Source: Octopus bimaculoides | Taxonomy: Eukaryota | DNA length: 40,696 nt | Assembly: GCF_001194135.2 (NCBI RefSeq) | Contig: NC_068985.1 | Location: 6,186,543 to 6,227,238 of the forward strand | Direction of reading: 5' to 3' | Part shown: piece by piece, positions 1 to 11,990 of the stretch | How the letters are laid out: each line of letters opens with the position of its first letter | Position numbering within the stretch: the stretch's first letter is position 1 | Position numbers and translations under genes: made by a program | The notes under the pieces: model-generated | Told to the model about the DNA's origin: nothing | Databases searched by the model: none | The model's input: only the letters and a program-made list of their open reading frames with translations

Positions 1-219
1 ATATCCTACGTAAAATACTGTCTATGTGATCTCAAATTTTAAAGCAAACATAATTTTCTTATGGTTTCTTAAACATTCACTTGAACAAAACTGTACAAAT
101 CCAAATATATGGTACCCTAGGCATAACACCTACATGAACTTCTAACTTGTTGTCTCTTGAGGTCTCTGGGTGAGACTTGGATCCAACTTGTACAAATGCA
201 AAACAAAAGTCAAACATAA
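1..219 (+). mobile_element. 3' end (ORF C-terminus and 3' UTR) of an R4/Dong-like non-LTR retrotransposon, running off the window start
   Basis: 3-29 reads ILRKILSM*, matching the C-terminal GTAxILRKxL signature of restriction-like-endonuclease LINEs; followed by ~190 bp putative UTR and an (AAT)n tail. Only 8 codons are visible. Confidence 0.5.
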
Positions 220-255
<36 letters not shown>

Positions 256-277
256 TATTATTATTATTATTATTATT
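220..277. repeat. Inverted trinucleotide microsatellite (AAT)n-(ATT)n
   Basis: (AAT)n at 220-254 switches directly to (TTA)n at 255-277, forming a palindrome. Confidence 0.95.
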
Positions 278-525
278 GCCTTTGCACAGATTGTAACGCT
301 GGAGATGTACTACAGTGTCAGCTGTTCACTACCAGTTAACTAAGGAAACACCTCTTATTTTTCGAGCACCTTCCGGAGTATTCGAGCGGTTCCAAGCAGT
401 GCTGTTTTCTGCTAGTGCTCCAGCCTTATTGCAGCTCCTATTTGTTCCTCGTACTTCTCAAGACTTTTGCTTACTATTCTTAGGGCTCTGACAATTATTT
501 TTATCGACGACAACTGCTTAATGAT
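278..525 (-). mobile_element. 5'-truncated 3' end of a second R4/Dong-like LINE
   Basis: Minus strand reads IIVRALRIVSKSLEKYEEQIGAAIRLEH*QKTALLGTARILRKVLEK* (stop at 355-357), the typical RLE-domain C-terminus, then a ~75 bp UTR and the (AAT)n tail. Confidence 0.75.
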
Positions 526-2859
526 ACAGAATATGCAAAATAGATTTGCTTGATACAGGTCAACATGCTGCAGTTGTTGTCGTACATTCATATGAAGTGA
601 TTTTCAGATGAAGTGCTTTTCTATAAGTTATGGCTTTTCATGAAGAAATTTATTTCATTTTGTTGATAGAGACGGATGATGTGATACAAAATAACACAGA
701 TGTTATGATATTCTACAACCATTCCCCTTCCCAGATAAATAGCATTCTGTACTATTATGTGTAATCCCTTTATATAGATATAAGATTTTCGAATCCATTT
801 TAATAGGGAACAAAAACAAGTTCTCCGATGACAGCATTGTATAATTTTCATTTTAATTCAATCTTGTGATTGTTAACTTTTGCTGATTATAATGTTAAAC
901 AATTGCCTTTGTAAGAACCGAAGCAACTGCATTCTATTCAGCAAGAAATGAGTTGTTTTCCTGAATCAGGTTTTCTAAGAAATATTTAATAAAAATCTGA
1001 ACGAAATACAATTTCACATGTATAAATAAACAAGAATAATTTTTAGTTTTTCATCCTTACTGTCCTTTATTTGTATTTCCTAACTGTAATCCTCAACTAA
1101 AATTGGTTTTCATACTTAAATCCGTTGCCATTTGCTCACGCCTGTCTTTGATTTTGAAAATGAATGCTAAAAGAAAGTGAAATGAAAATAGTTTGTTTAT
1201 TATCACGTAACCATTTCCGGGTTTGGATTAATTAAATTTCTCGCAAATGGAAACTGGTTGTTTTACGGAAGCACATTTTAAAAATATATATGATATCAGT
1301 GTAGACATACAATAAAGAAGAACAAGATATTTTGTATTCATTTAACAATCACAGCAGCAAAAATATAAACAAATACAGGAATTATTTTAAATTATTATTC
1401 AAACGATATTGTAAATCAATAAAATATTTATTTGTGCAGAAATATTGAAACTTATTGAATATTTTTTTTATCTGCCCCCACAAGTGCAGCAGCTGAGAAT
1501 AAAAATGTAGTATTTTGCATGGATTGTTTTCTAACACAATATGTAACAGAATGGCAATTAAAAGAATTTGAATTATTCATCGATTTTTACATAGTTTTCT
1601 TTGAACATTACGTTGTGATGAAACACGACGTAATAATGGAGGTTTTAGAAAAAATCGATTGGAAATTGCACCAAAATGAATAGAATTTGTGTGTATGACG
1701 TTTGAGTATTGTTACATCATTTTCCGGTCACCTCCCAATATTTATCTAAATTTACACTTTGCAATGGGTGTAGAAAATACTGGCCCATTGATTTACCATC
1801 CTGAAGTCTTCTGTGGTACGTCTGGAACATTAGATTTTTTTTTCAGAAATGAAAGTAATAATCTTCGAATTTTATGATAAGATTATCAGCTATTTAAGAT
1901 TTTTTTAATTAGAATTCAACATTGTCCAGTTGTTTTGAGAATCTGAATATCTATTCAAATCATAATGCCGACATATGTTCGCACTAAGACATTTCTAAAT
2001 GAACTATGAAAGGCATATACAATAGCTTAAAATATATCACGTTTACTTTTATCAAAGAGAAAAGAATTTGATTCTGATTTTCTTCTCCATCAGAATTCGA
2101 ATTTATTCCTTCTATTTAAAAGATGATCAGTTTGGAATTAAGGAAGTATATATATATATATATATATGTTAAAATACGTCAGTGTATTAAAATTTCTATT
2201 TGTTTGATGGCATCGAAAATTCTGTGGAAATGAAATATCCATGTAATTCGAGTGAGATTTCTGTACTATTTTCACCTTATTCGTTTGGAGACGAACCAAG
2301 ATCGAAAAATTGGAAAGAATTCTTTAATCCAATAGAAGAGCTGCTGTCGCCTTGGCAAAGTTTGTAATTTCGGCTCCCACGAAGAGTCTTCAACTTTTTC
2401 TATCCAAGGGTTTGAAAATCTCATATTTCTCTCCATTATTTATAGCTTAAATACTTCAAGATCAAGCAGAAATTCCTAATCTTATATTTAACCAGAAGGG
2501 TACAGTTTATAATAAATATAATGGAGCGATAATTACTATATATTCAGTCGCAAAATAAATACACCTCTTACATATTAGTTACATTTCGCTCCGTTAAACA
2601 TAACATTACAAAACGACCGCTATTCTAACGATTGCATATAGTATCCAAATCTCCTTTAAATTAATTATGGCCTAACATCATATATGAGCGAAATGTTCTA
2701 TAGCACATCGCATTTCCAAATCACCTAAAGGAGGATAAGTGCACTCTTCGATGTCATATACGCATGAAGCATAAACACAAAAACATATTCATACAGAAAC
2801 ATATACATATATAATTTTCGACCTCGATCTATATGCACAGATATGTATGTGTATTTATA

Positions 2860-3017
<158 letters not shown>

Positions 3018-3368
3018 CTGCGTGCGTATGTATATATAAGACAACAGAAACACAGAATCGCTTGAAGGTGAAAAACTACATCAGTTTAAAATTATGCGTG
3101 TATGCCACATATAATCATACATACGTTCAAGTTCATTCAGAAATATAAAGATGGCCTGGAATATCGCACGTGGCAAACATTCCTTCAAGCTTTGAGATTG
3201 CGTGTTATTATTTATTAGTAAAATATTTAAGAAATTGCCTTTAGAATCAATTTGCTATACGCATATATACATACGTACAAGTATGCACAGATACATATAT
3301 ATATGCGAATATGCATACACATATACATATTTATACAGATATATATATATGTATTTATATATATATTA

Positions 3369-3709
3369 GAAGAAAATGGATATAATAACAATGGGAAACT
3401 CGTGGTTTTCGCTGGTATGTCTTTAATTTATTAGATAACAAAGAAGGAAGAAGCAGAGATGAAGGTAGCATTTACGATTGTTTCAATTTACTGGTTTAAG
3501 TAAATCTCTTCAGAATGCGAATGTATATAGATGCATCGGTTAGGAAGATGCGAACATAAGTGATAGACATGTGATGGTAATGTAAACAAAAGTGGTAATT
3601 CTTACATTAAATTTTGTTCTTGCTGCTTCCTTCTTTGTTATCTAATTAATTAAAAAGACATAACAGGGAAAACCATGAGTTTCCCAATGTAATTATATCG
3701 ATTTTCTTC
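3369..3709. mobile_element. Non-coding inverted-repeat element with ~90 bp arms and an internal hammerhead motif (Penelope-like pLTR relic or MITE-like)
   Basis: Arm 3369-3457 (gaagaaaatggatataataacaatgggaaactcgtggttttc...) closely matches the reverse complement of 3618-3709. Confidence 0.75.
3468..3518 (-). ncRNA. Minimal type-I hammerhead ribozyme motif (canonical core)
   Basis: Minus strand: GCAUU CUGAAGA GAUUUAC-UUAAACCA-GUAAAUU GAAA C-AAUC-G UA/AAUGC. 5-bp stem I, 7-bp stem II with one G-U, intact CUGANGA and GAAA, GUA triplet. Confidence 0.8.
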
Positions 3710-3713
3710 ACCT

Positions 3714-4229
3714 ATATAACCTAAACTTCAGCCATGGCAACTGGGTCCTCCTGCATATGTGGCATGGTGCAGAGTCCTGTTGCCAGAAATAAGGTTTTCC
3801 AGCAGCCCCCCACTTGACTAAGGGCAGCATTACTTTATCCAAGTACTTGATGTAGGCCTCCGTGTTGAATCTAAGTCCGTGTAGGAAAACGAATGAATAC
3901 ATAACGTTGCCATCACTAATGATCACTCTAAGTACCTTGATGTTGACTGGATATTTGATTTTTATCTCTCTCGGTACATGTTTTGGGGACACGGCAAGTC
4001 AACGGTTTTTCTGTGTTCACTATCTGCTCGTATCGGAGCTTCCGGTGCCAATGCCATGCAGTAAAGCATGTCGTTTCTGGCAAAGTGAATTGCGTCATGG
4101 CGCTGTTTTTCTCACGGACGGTGCCTAACTGACCTTAGTATAAGGTTTAATCTACAAAATCACAAGCAAACAATGCACAAGCGCGAAATTAAAAATATAA
4201 AATGGCGACAATTTAGCCATCGCACACTG
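3714..4229 (-). mobile_element. Internally deleted Tc1/mariner-superfamily (maT/DD37D-like) transposon remnant
   Basis: ORF 3708-3992 has catalytic-domain motifs ISDGNVM..FVFLHGLRFNTEAYIKYL and KPYFWQQDSAPCH; N-terminal MTQFTLPE near 4098; CAGTG terminus at 4229. Confidence 0.8.
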
Positions 4230-4455
4230 AATATATGTCTTCACTGAGGGAGGTCTTCGAGTGTGAAAAACAAATGGCAAAAATGGCAAAAATGAATTTT
4301 TATAGTTAGTATAAAAAATTAACTTGGTTTAACAAATTAGAAATTGGGACAGATTTTGAAAGGTATGATATTTTTGATGGCATCAGAAATACTCCATATC
4401 TTCTCCCAGTATTTGTTCCCCATTAAGTGCAACGTGATTATGTATCAGTTTCCCG

Positions 4456-4548
4456 CTAAATGTATCCAATAGCCATTAATTCACTGTTAAATATATCCAA
4501 CAGGCATAAATTGACTCCTAAATATATCCGATAGACTTTGTGCTAACC
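4456..4548. repeat. Degenerate 31-bp tandem repeat, three units
   Basis: Cores ctaaatgtatccaatag (4456), ttaaatatatccaacag (4487), ctaaatatatccgatag (4518) at exact 31-bp spacing. Confidence 0.6.
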
Positions 4549-4745
4549 TAACTTTCTAGAAATGGCCTCTTAAAACAAGTATCTGGGGACAGAGAATTTT
4601 TAGGAAGGGTGGGGATACGAAACCGTAAGAAGCTTATTATAAACATACGAACATGCGTTGATATATTTCATAAATATTCTTTTAGCAGCGACTGAAAAGA
4701 ATAAGGGTGAAACTATACCTTATTATGCTCGTTTGTTATAAGATA

Positions 4746-4960
4746 GTCAGCGGTTAGACACGTTAGAACACCATCTAAAATGCTTAACGACATTTCAGCG
4801 TTCCGAGTTCAAATTCCGCCGAAGTCGACTTTGCCTTTTATCAATTTTGGAGCCGATAAAATAAGTACCGACTAAATAATGGAGGGAAAATGAAATCGAT
4901 TAACCCCCACCCATCCTCCGAAAATTTCAGTTTTCATGCCTATAATAGAAAATGATTATT
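4746..4960 (+). mobile_element. tRNA-derived SINE, family A (central gtcgactttgcctttcatcctttcggggtcgataaaataagtacc domain)
   Basis: B-box-like gagttcaaattcc followed by gaagtcgactttgccttttatc...gataaaataagtacc; matches other copies in this window. Confidence 0.8.
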
Positions 4961-5339
4961 TTCGTTTTCATACTTTCTGTATAACAACAGTAAATAACAT
5001 TGTGAAACGGAGTATTTCAATCCATATTGATCGTGTTATGGGAGTAGAAAGCTACTGGAATCAAACAGTATTGCTGAATATAAGCTCCATGTATAACCGA
5101 TGTTTTAATCTTATTAATTGCATTGTGCAACGAATACCATAAAAATTCAGTTCTTAACTTCAATTGTTAAAGCGGGTAAATAAAAAAAAAGCAACGAATA
5201 AATCTCGTAGCTCATTATATACTTAGGAGAATTGTTCCTAAGAATATATAAAGATTGCTGGAAACTGTTTCTTTTCACACAGAAATTATGAAGATTCTTG
5301 TTGCACTTTTAGCATTATACAGAATTATTTACACATATA

Positions 5340-5469
5340 TTTAACACAAACTCGCAGGAGCGTGCTGATACACACGAACACAAATACACATACAAACATA
5401 CGTGTATGCAGTTCTGTATGCATACATGTATACACACACATATTATGTAGAATGTGTTGTTTATAATAC

Positions 5470-5541
<72 letters not shown>

Positions 5542-5765
5542 ATGTATAAATATGTATATATATGTATGTATGTATTATGTATGTATATGTGTGTTTGTGT
5601 GTGTAAGTGTGAGTGTGTATGCGTATGTGTTTGTGCATGCATACGTGAGTTTGTGCGTGTGTGTGTAGTTGTGTATGTATGGAAGTATACTCACATGACA
5701 TATATCTGTCGGCATATATGTATATGAATAATTTAATACGATATAATATAATAGAATATAATATA

Positions 5766-5800
<35 letters not shown>
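5340..5800. repeat. Low-complexity microsatellite cluster (CA/TA/TG)
   Basis: Long (TA)n at about 5479-5539 and 5772-5800 with flanking CA/TG/TATG repeats. Confidence 0.9.
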
Positions 5801-5805
<5 letters not shown>

Positions 5806-7107
5806 GAAAGTCTTGGGGTGAAAATTGTATTGAACGTTGTGTGTAATATGACGATACGTATTAATTCAAAATGCGCAGAAAAAACAGTCACCGTATTAAG
5901 AGACAATTTACTTTAGAATAACTTGATATAGAAATTTCTTTCCTTCAGTATCGTTTTATTAGTGAAATAATATTAACATGAGAACATTGTTATACAAAGA
6001 TACATACGTTTCATATATGTATACATATATACACACACATGCATATACGCATACACAGCAGTCAAATACATATATATATTGACAGGTACATTTAGAAATG
6101 CGCATACATATACATACATATATGCATACGTACTCGCCCGAGCGCACACAAACATACACACACATATATCATATTCATATACGTATATACGTTTATATTT
6201 GTGAGTAGGGTGGTATATATGTGTATGTAGGTTATATTTATACATCTGAATAAAGAATTTCAATCTACATTTTGCCTCTGGTCATTAAATCTTTCAAATT
6301 AGCGTTTAAGAATTCAATGATCGGAACATAGAAGCATTATAACAATAACTAAAATTATTTTAACATGAACATTTGCGCTTTATATTATTGGTATAATCTT
6401 TTGATTACCAGAAACATTCCACTTGACGTTTTTCTATTCTCTAGACCATTTTCCTTCGAGATATCCTGATAAATGAATCTCAATCATACATTCTATCAAG
6501 TATTGCATGCACTACTATCATGAACATACTTAATTCATGCGATTAATGGACACTATGTTGCTATTCCACACCGCATATCTAGGTAGATATTGCCTTCCTA
6601 TACATTACCTTAGCCTCCAACATTCAGGCCTGACTCAGAATCAAAGTAGGTTTTCCACACTATTTTTCCACTGTTCCTTTGAGAACACAGCATTTGTGCC
6701 TCAGTTATTAGTTCTAAACCTTCCCAGAATAAATTGTTCGCAAGCGTCTTGTAAACCCAGTCTCTCAAAGAAACGTTGTTTCTGAAATTTTCTTGTAGAG
6801 GAAGCATGCTCACATTGTGGGTTTTAAATTTTAATTACACATTTTGGTTCACCACGTGATGGTCGGGTTAATTTGCTTTTAATTGAACTGTCCACCCCTT
6901 CAAAGTCATGGGCTTTTCATCAGCTATAAAATAAAAAGTTTTGACCCGTTCAGTCCCTAGGGAGGAAGGGTTTGTTACGAACGACCTGAGGCATTGATGT
7001 GAGAACTGTTTGATTTCACTTTGCAATTTTCAGCTTGAACAAAATTCAAACCAGAATCGTTAAAGTTAAGCCCCGTGTCTTGCCAATATTTGAATAGAAT
7101 TGTAGCC

Positions 7108-7172
7108 TTTCTATTCTTTAATTCTTTTACTTGAATCAGTGATCTGACTGCGGCCATGCTGGAGCATCACCT
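7108..7172 (-). mobile_element. 3' tail fragment of SINE family B or its partner LINE
   Basis: ttcttttacttgaatcagt..gactgcggccatgctggagcatcacc matches the tail of the SINE at 11375-11435. Confidence 0.55.
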
Positions 7173-7744
7173 TATCTTCATTTTTATAAGCATTTAAAAC
7201 TATACAGTGTATTGACAACTATTAATGTTCCACCAGTTTTTGTATCAAATTGTAGCAATAGTAATACATATTTCTCTGCAGTCGATTGCAACTTTTCTTT
7301 GAATTTATTTATTATTATCCATCCTGAATTTATTTAACAAAGGACAAAATATATCAGACCTTAAAACCGTAACTCATACAACCATGTACATACATTATCG
7401 GTAAACTCTCTTCTGTTGAGATTACAACTACTTCTACTAATATGATGTCGACTTACCTAAATCAACCAACACCTTATGTTGCTCAGCACTTAAGTATCTG
7501 CCGCAAACATTTGTACTATTTTCCATTATTCCTCCAATAAACTCTATTCATGTTTATTTCTATCAGACTTACAAATAAACACGTATGACCATAGACGATT
7601 TTGCTGACCTTTCACAGAATCGATATTGGTGTGTGAGAAGCGCCTTGAAATGATCGCAAGATACTTAATTGAGTTAGTGTTATCGGTGTAGCATTATTTA
7701 TTTTGTAAACCGTTTTATCGAATACAGTAATTTGAACATCTTGC

Positions 7745-7974
7745 ATTACGACTTACTGTTTTCGAATGTTGGCACAAAGCTTGCAATTACGGAGAAGAAG
7801 TGTAAAGTGATTGCATCGAGTCCGAATGTTCAAATCGTGCTTATTTTATCGACACCGGAAGGAAGAAAGGTAAAGTCGACTTCGACGGAATTTGAACTCA
7901 GAATGTGATGACAGACGAAATACTTCCGAGAATCTACCCTGGGGTGCTAACGATTCTGCCGGTTCACCATCCTT
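7745..7974 (-). mobile_element. tRNA-derived SINE, family A, near full length
   Basis: Reverse complement has ggcagaatcgttagcacc head, ctgagttcaaattccgtcgaagtcgactttacc and gtcgataaaataagcac. Confidence 0.85.
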
Positions 7975-10219
7975 AAGCAATACGAAATGTTAATCCGTTC
8001 AGAATTTAAATTAAGTGACTGTGACTGTTAGAAGAATATTACTAAGCAATCTTCATTCAACTGCAGACACGCATACTAAATTGAAAGTCCATAAAATGTT
8101 ATAACTAGCAAATATTTTGATATTTGTGAAGCTTTCCTAAGCAGATATTCAACGATGCGTAACATTTTAAAGTAATTAATGATTTTTTTCAAGAGTTCTC
8201 AAAGTAATTAGTAGCAAATATGTGCGATAATTGGATATTTATTATTAATTTGTGTTATTCTATGAGTAATGTTCATGAATTTTAATTTTAGATGAAGTAA
8301 TTCCATCATTTTCGTAACATGCAAAGTTTTCATATATTTGTATTGCTGAATTAAAGGTTGAACAAAATTTGCAAATGTCTATGAAGATACTAGCTTACTG
8401 GCATAAATCTAACACAATTGTTTCCCTTATGCTTTGCTTAATTCGTATATTTTTAACATTCGTCCAGGTGTTTTAGCGCAATGTGCCCGATTTTTCAGGC
8501 GTTTTATGCATCACTGTTCATTTTATATATAGATATTGTATCAAGAAATGGATTATCCATTGTAAACTTGAAAACGATAGTATGTGAATAAATGGAAAAT
8601 TATGTAAGATAGCGTAGAGTTTACCCTTTGGCTTATAACACTTGAGTTTATTTTAATATTTATTTCAAGTGGACATACCATCTCCAATTTGCATTATTGA
8701 TATAATCACTGGAATCTATGAGAAGAATTGCATTAGATGTAGGACGTGCTTTGTTACTTCATATTAATGTGTTTATTTGTGCGTTAAAATATTCAATTAT
8801 TGGGCCATTTGATGCAATTCTAACGTCAAACAAAGTTAGGAAAGAACACTAAAATTTGTTTATTCCATCGTCAAATCGAATTTTCTTTAAATTTGGTAAC
8901 TTGGAGCCATTATGAATAGCGAGGTGTGGTCCATTCACTGATAAACACATCAACACAACTATATAAAACCAGGCTTGGTATATTTCCATTGTAAATACTG
9001 AAATTCTGACATAATTGACGTATTAAATGAAATTTGAATTATATTGAAGTCTATAGTTTCAAAAATGCATACACTGCCTTCATAAATGCTGTATGCAATA
9101 CTACACGGAGTAAATTGTGTTATATATGTGAATAAGTTAGCAAGGCACAAAACGAAAGGACGAAGGACCTTTATATTTCAAAACAATTTTGGTTAATTTA
9201 ATGAGAATTATTGACATATAAAGTTTTATAATTCTTACAGAATTTATAACTGCTAATATAATTATGATTCGACCAAGACTAAAACATTACGCCGTCCGTA
9301 TGAAGCACGATAATAATGAATGTGGTGTCCAAAAGCACTGTAAAGTGCATGAAAATGATGAAATAATAGCACTAGTCGGAACATGTGTCTAGAAATTCGA
9401 AACTTCCAATTCAAACATCCATTTTGTAGCACATATATTTATTTTATTGGCGCTAACATACTAGTATCTAAAAATCCACTGCCTTCATTCTTACGAGAAT
9501 GTGAGATTTACGAGATGTGGAGGGAAGCTCAGAAAAATATCGTTACGCAAATATAAGATGATTTCGTAACAAACTCCATTTGAAGCGTAACAAGCTCCAG
9601 AAATCTATGATTGAATTTCGCTATCAAAATCTTTTGGCATGTCCACTGTATGATGTAGACAAATCGGATTGAGCATATGTGGATAATATTGCACACAAGA
9701 CAAACAAAAATGTTAGTCAGCGTTTTATGAAATGAAGCGCATCTAGCACAAAAAAAAACCCCTTCTGCAGATTTTCGACGGCAAACATTTCAAAGCCAGG
9801 ACCGAGTTGTTGAACACTTCGGCGACTACAAAATACCAGCAGTTAGTTGTTTCCCCGCTTGCACGCGATCCTGGTGACTGCAATCAAGTTTTACAAGATC
9901 CCCCGATCAATCGCACAACTCGACAGCCGTTGTAAGACTACGTAACCAAAGCGATGGTCTTCATCATTCAATAATGGACAAACATATTTTGGTACTGAAA
10001 TATATCTAATGATACTAATACTACAGGTAAAAAGATTAATAATTAGGCATTTGAATTAATTTCTTTTACAATCCAGATGTCCTTTCACACGGAATTTCTT
10101 TAAACCAAAGCGCTGATGAGACTTATATAAGTGGATTGAATTAAGAGCTTCCCGTCCCAGTGAATTGGATGCTCTACACACATCCCTGAAGGAATTCGTT
10201 TCCTTAGTTCCTTACTTTA

Positions 10220-10244
10220 TACACACACACACACACACACACAT

Positions 10245-10314
<70 letters not shown>

Positions 10315-10323
10315 GTGTGTGTA

Positions 10324-10381
<58 letters not shown>

Positions 10382-10382
10382 T
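10220..10382. repeat. Compound microsatellite (CA)n-(TA)n-(TG)n-(TA)n
   Basis: Direct reading. Confidence 0.95.
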
Positions 10383-11374
10383 ACTCTCCGTGAATTTTGT
10401 GTGTTTTGTAGGCATATGTATGTACTTATGTTCTATAGTGCGGAAAAAGCATAAACTAACCGAACATCGTCAATATATAATTAATGTAGCCTACTTAATG
10501 CGCGACGGATGGTTAAAAACTGATTAGAATTGCTTATAGTGAGGACAGCTAATATATTTTTTTAAAATTCTATTATGGATAGTGGAATAATGTTTGTCTC
10601 GTATTATTACACCATACAGTGAAACTAATATTTTGTTCTCGTTTGGTGAAAAATACAAAACATTGCTATTACTTTCTAAAAGATTAGACATGTTTCTAAA
10701 GTAATCACTTTTAAATTTTAAAGCAACTAAATTGTTTTGTAATATAGATTTTCAATATTCGAACATACACTTATCGTACATCTTACATCTTATAATATTT
10801 TTTGCAATATTTACAGGTCGCATTATTTGACTAGAGTGTTTCTGCGATGCGTTTAAGACGTATGTGATCATATTTCACTGCACATTACCGAATACTTCTA
10901 GAATATTCTTGAATTTCAAGACACTCCACTATCAGCTTGTCAGCACTAAATCTATTAGCAATGCACTGGATACAGGCAAATTTACAAGCATCAATATCGG
11001 TGTCACAAATCCACAGTTTGCAAAGAACATCTATTTGCTATACATCGTAGTCATGCGTAAGAAAGACATTACTTACTGGCCCAAACCAAATAACTGGACG
11101 TTGTTTTCAATAGTTTGATTAATATGAAATGTTATCTGCGGTGTGCCGTATTAATGTATTACAACACGTCATTATTTCTAGACAAATTACTTAAAAAAGA
11201 AAAAATAATAAAGTCAACGGCAGCAATGAGGATAGTATATTTAATTACTGACAGATCCAATTTCTCCAAACATCACAAATAATTTTAATGTTAAACGAAA
11301 TTACGAAAATAACGAAAACGTATTTTGATGCCAACATTTTATTTTTGATTGAATACAACATCTGTTTCTCTCTT

Positions 11375-11787
11375 TCATTTTTTCCTTTATTTGTTTGAGT
11401 CATTTGAGCGTGTCCATGCTGGAGTACCGCCTTTATTCGAACAAAAATCGACCCCAGGACTAATTTTTTTGTAAACCTAGTACTTATGTTTATCGGTTGC
11501 CGAACCGCTAAGTTACGGGTACATAAACACACCAAGATCGGTTCCAAGTGATGGCGGGTGGGGGATAAATACAGATACACAGACATATTAACAAACACAC
11601 GCCCTCTTAGATATATATATATACAACGGGCTTCTTTCAGTTTCAGTCTACCAAATTCACTCAGAAGGTTTTGATTGGCCCGAGGTTATGGTAGAAGATA
11701 CTTGACCAAGGTGCCATGCAGTGGGACTGAACCTGGAGCCATGTGGTTGTTAAACAAGCTACTTAGCAGAGAACCACCCCTGCGCCT
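11375..11787 (-). mobile_element. tRNA-derived CORE-type SINE, family B (OR2-like), full length
   Basis: Minus strand: tRNA-like head with ggttcagtccc B-box, CORE-like gcaccttggtcaagtatctt, internal (TA)n, and tail ggcggtactccagcatggac. Homologous to 14346-14676. The OR2 name is from recall. Confidence 0.85.
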
Positions 11788-11835
11788 ATAAATCTTATAT
11801 ATTTTTCTTGTATTCCTCATTATTGTTAGACGCTG

Positions 11836-11990
11836 GGTTCCAGAATCGCTAGACCCTTGTATAAAATGTCTCCCGATATTGACTTCGGTTTGCACATTAT
11901 GAATTCTAACACTTCCGAGTTTAACCTTGTCTTTCACCCTTCCTGGATCGATAAAATGAAGTATCGATCTGGTACTGGTATAGATCACAT
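11836..11990 (+). mobile_element. Old, diverged family A SINE
   Basis: ccagaatcgctag head and ccgagtttaaccttgtctttcacccttcctggatcgataaaatgaagtatc resemble the family A central domain. Confidence 0.55.

Noticed and set aside
4456-4548. CRISPR-like repeat-spacer periodicity
   Set aside because: Eukaryotic context, only three degenerate units, the 'spacers' resemble each other, and there are no cas genes; it is a minisatellite.
6537-6813. Overlapping 67-82 aa ORFs on both strands
   Set aside because: No recognisable domain or splice structure.
6880-6930. CUGAUGA-AAAG..CUUU-GAAG on the minus strand
   Set aside because: GAAG instead of GAAA, no stem III or NUH site and no stem I partner; probably chance.
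10105-10155. CUGAUGA followed by palindromic ACUUAUAUAAGU
   Set aside because: No GAAA after the hairpin; at best a dead relic.
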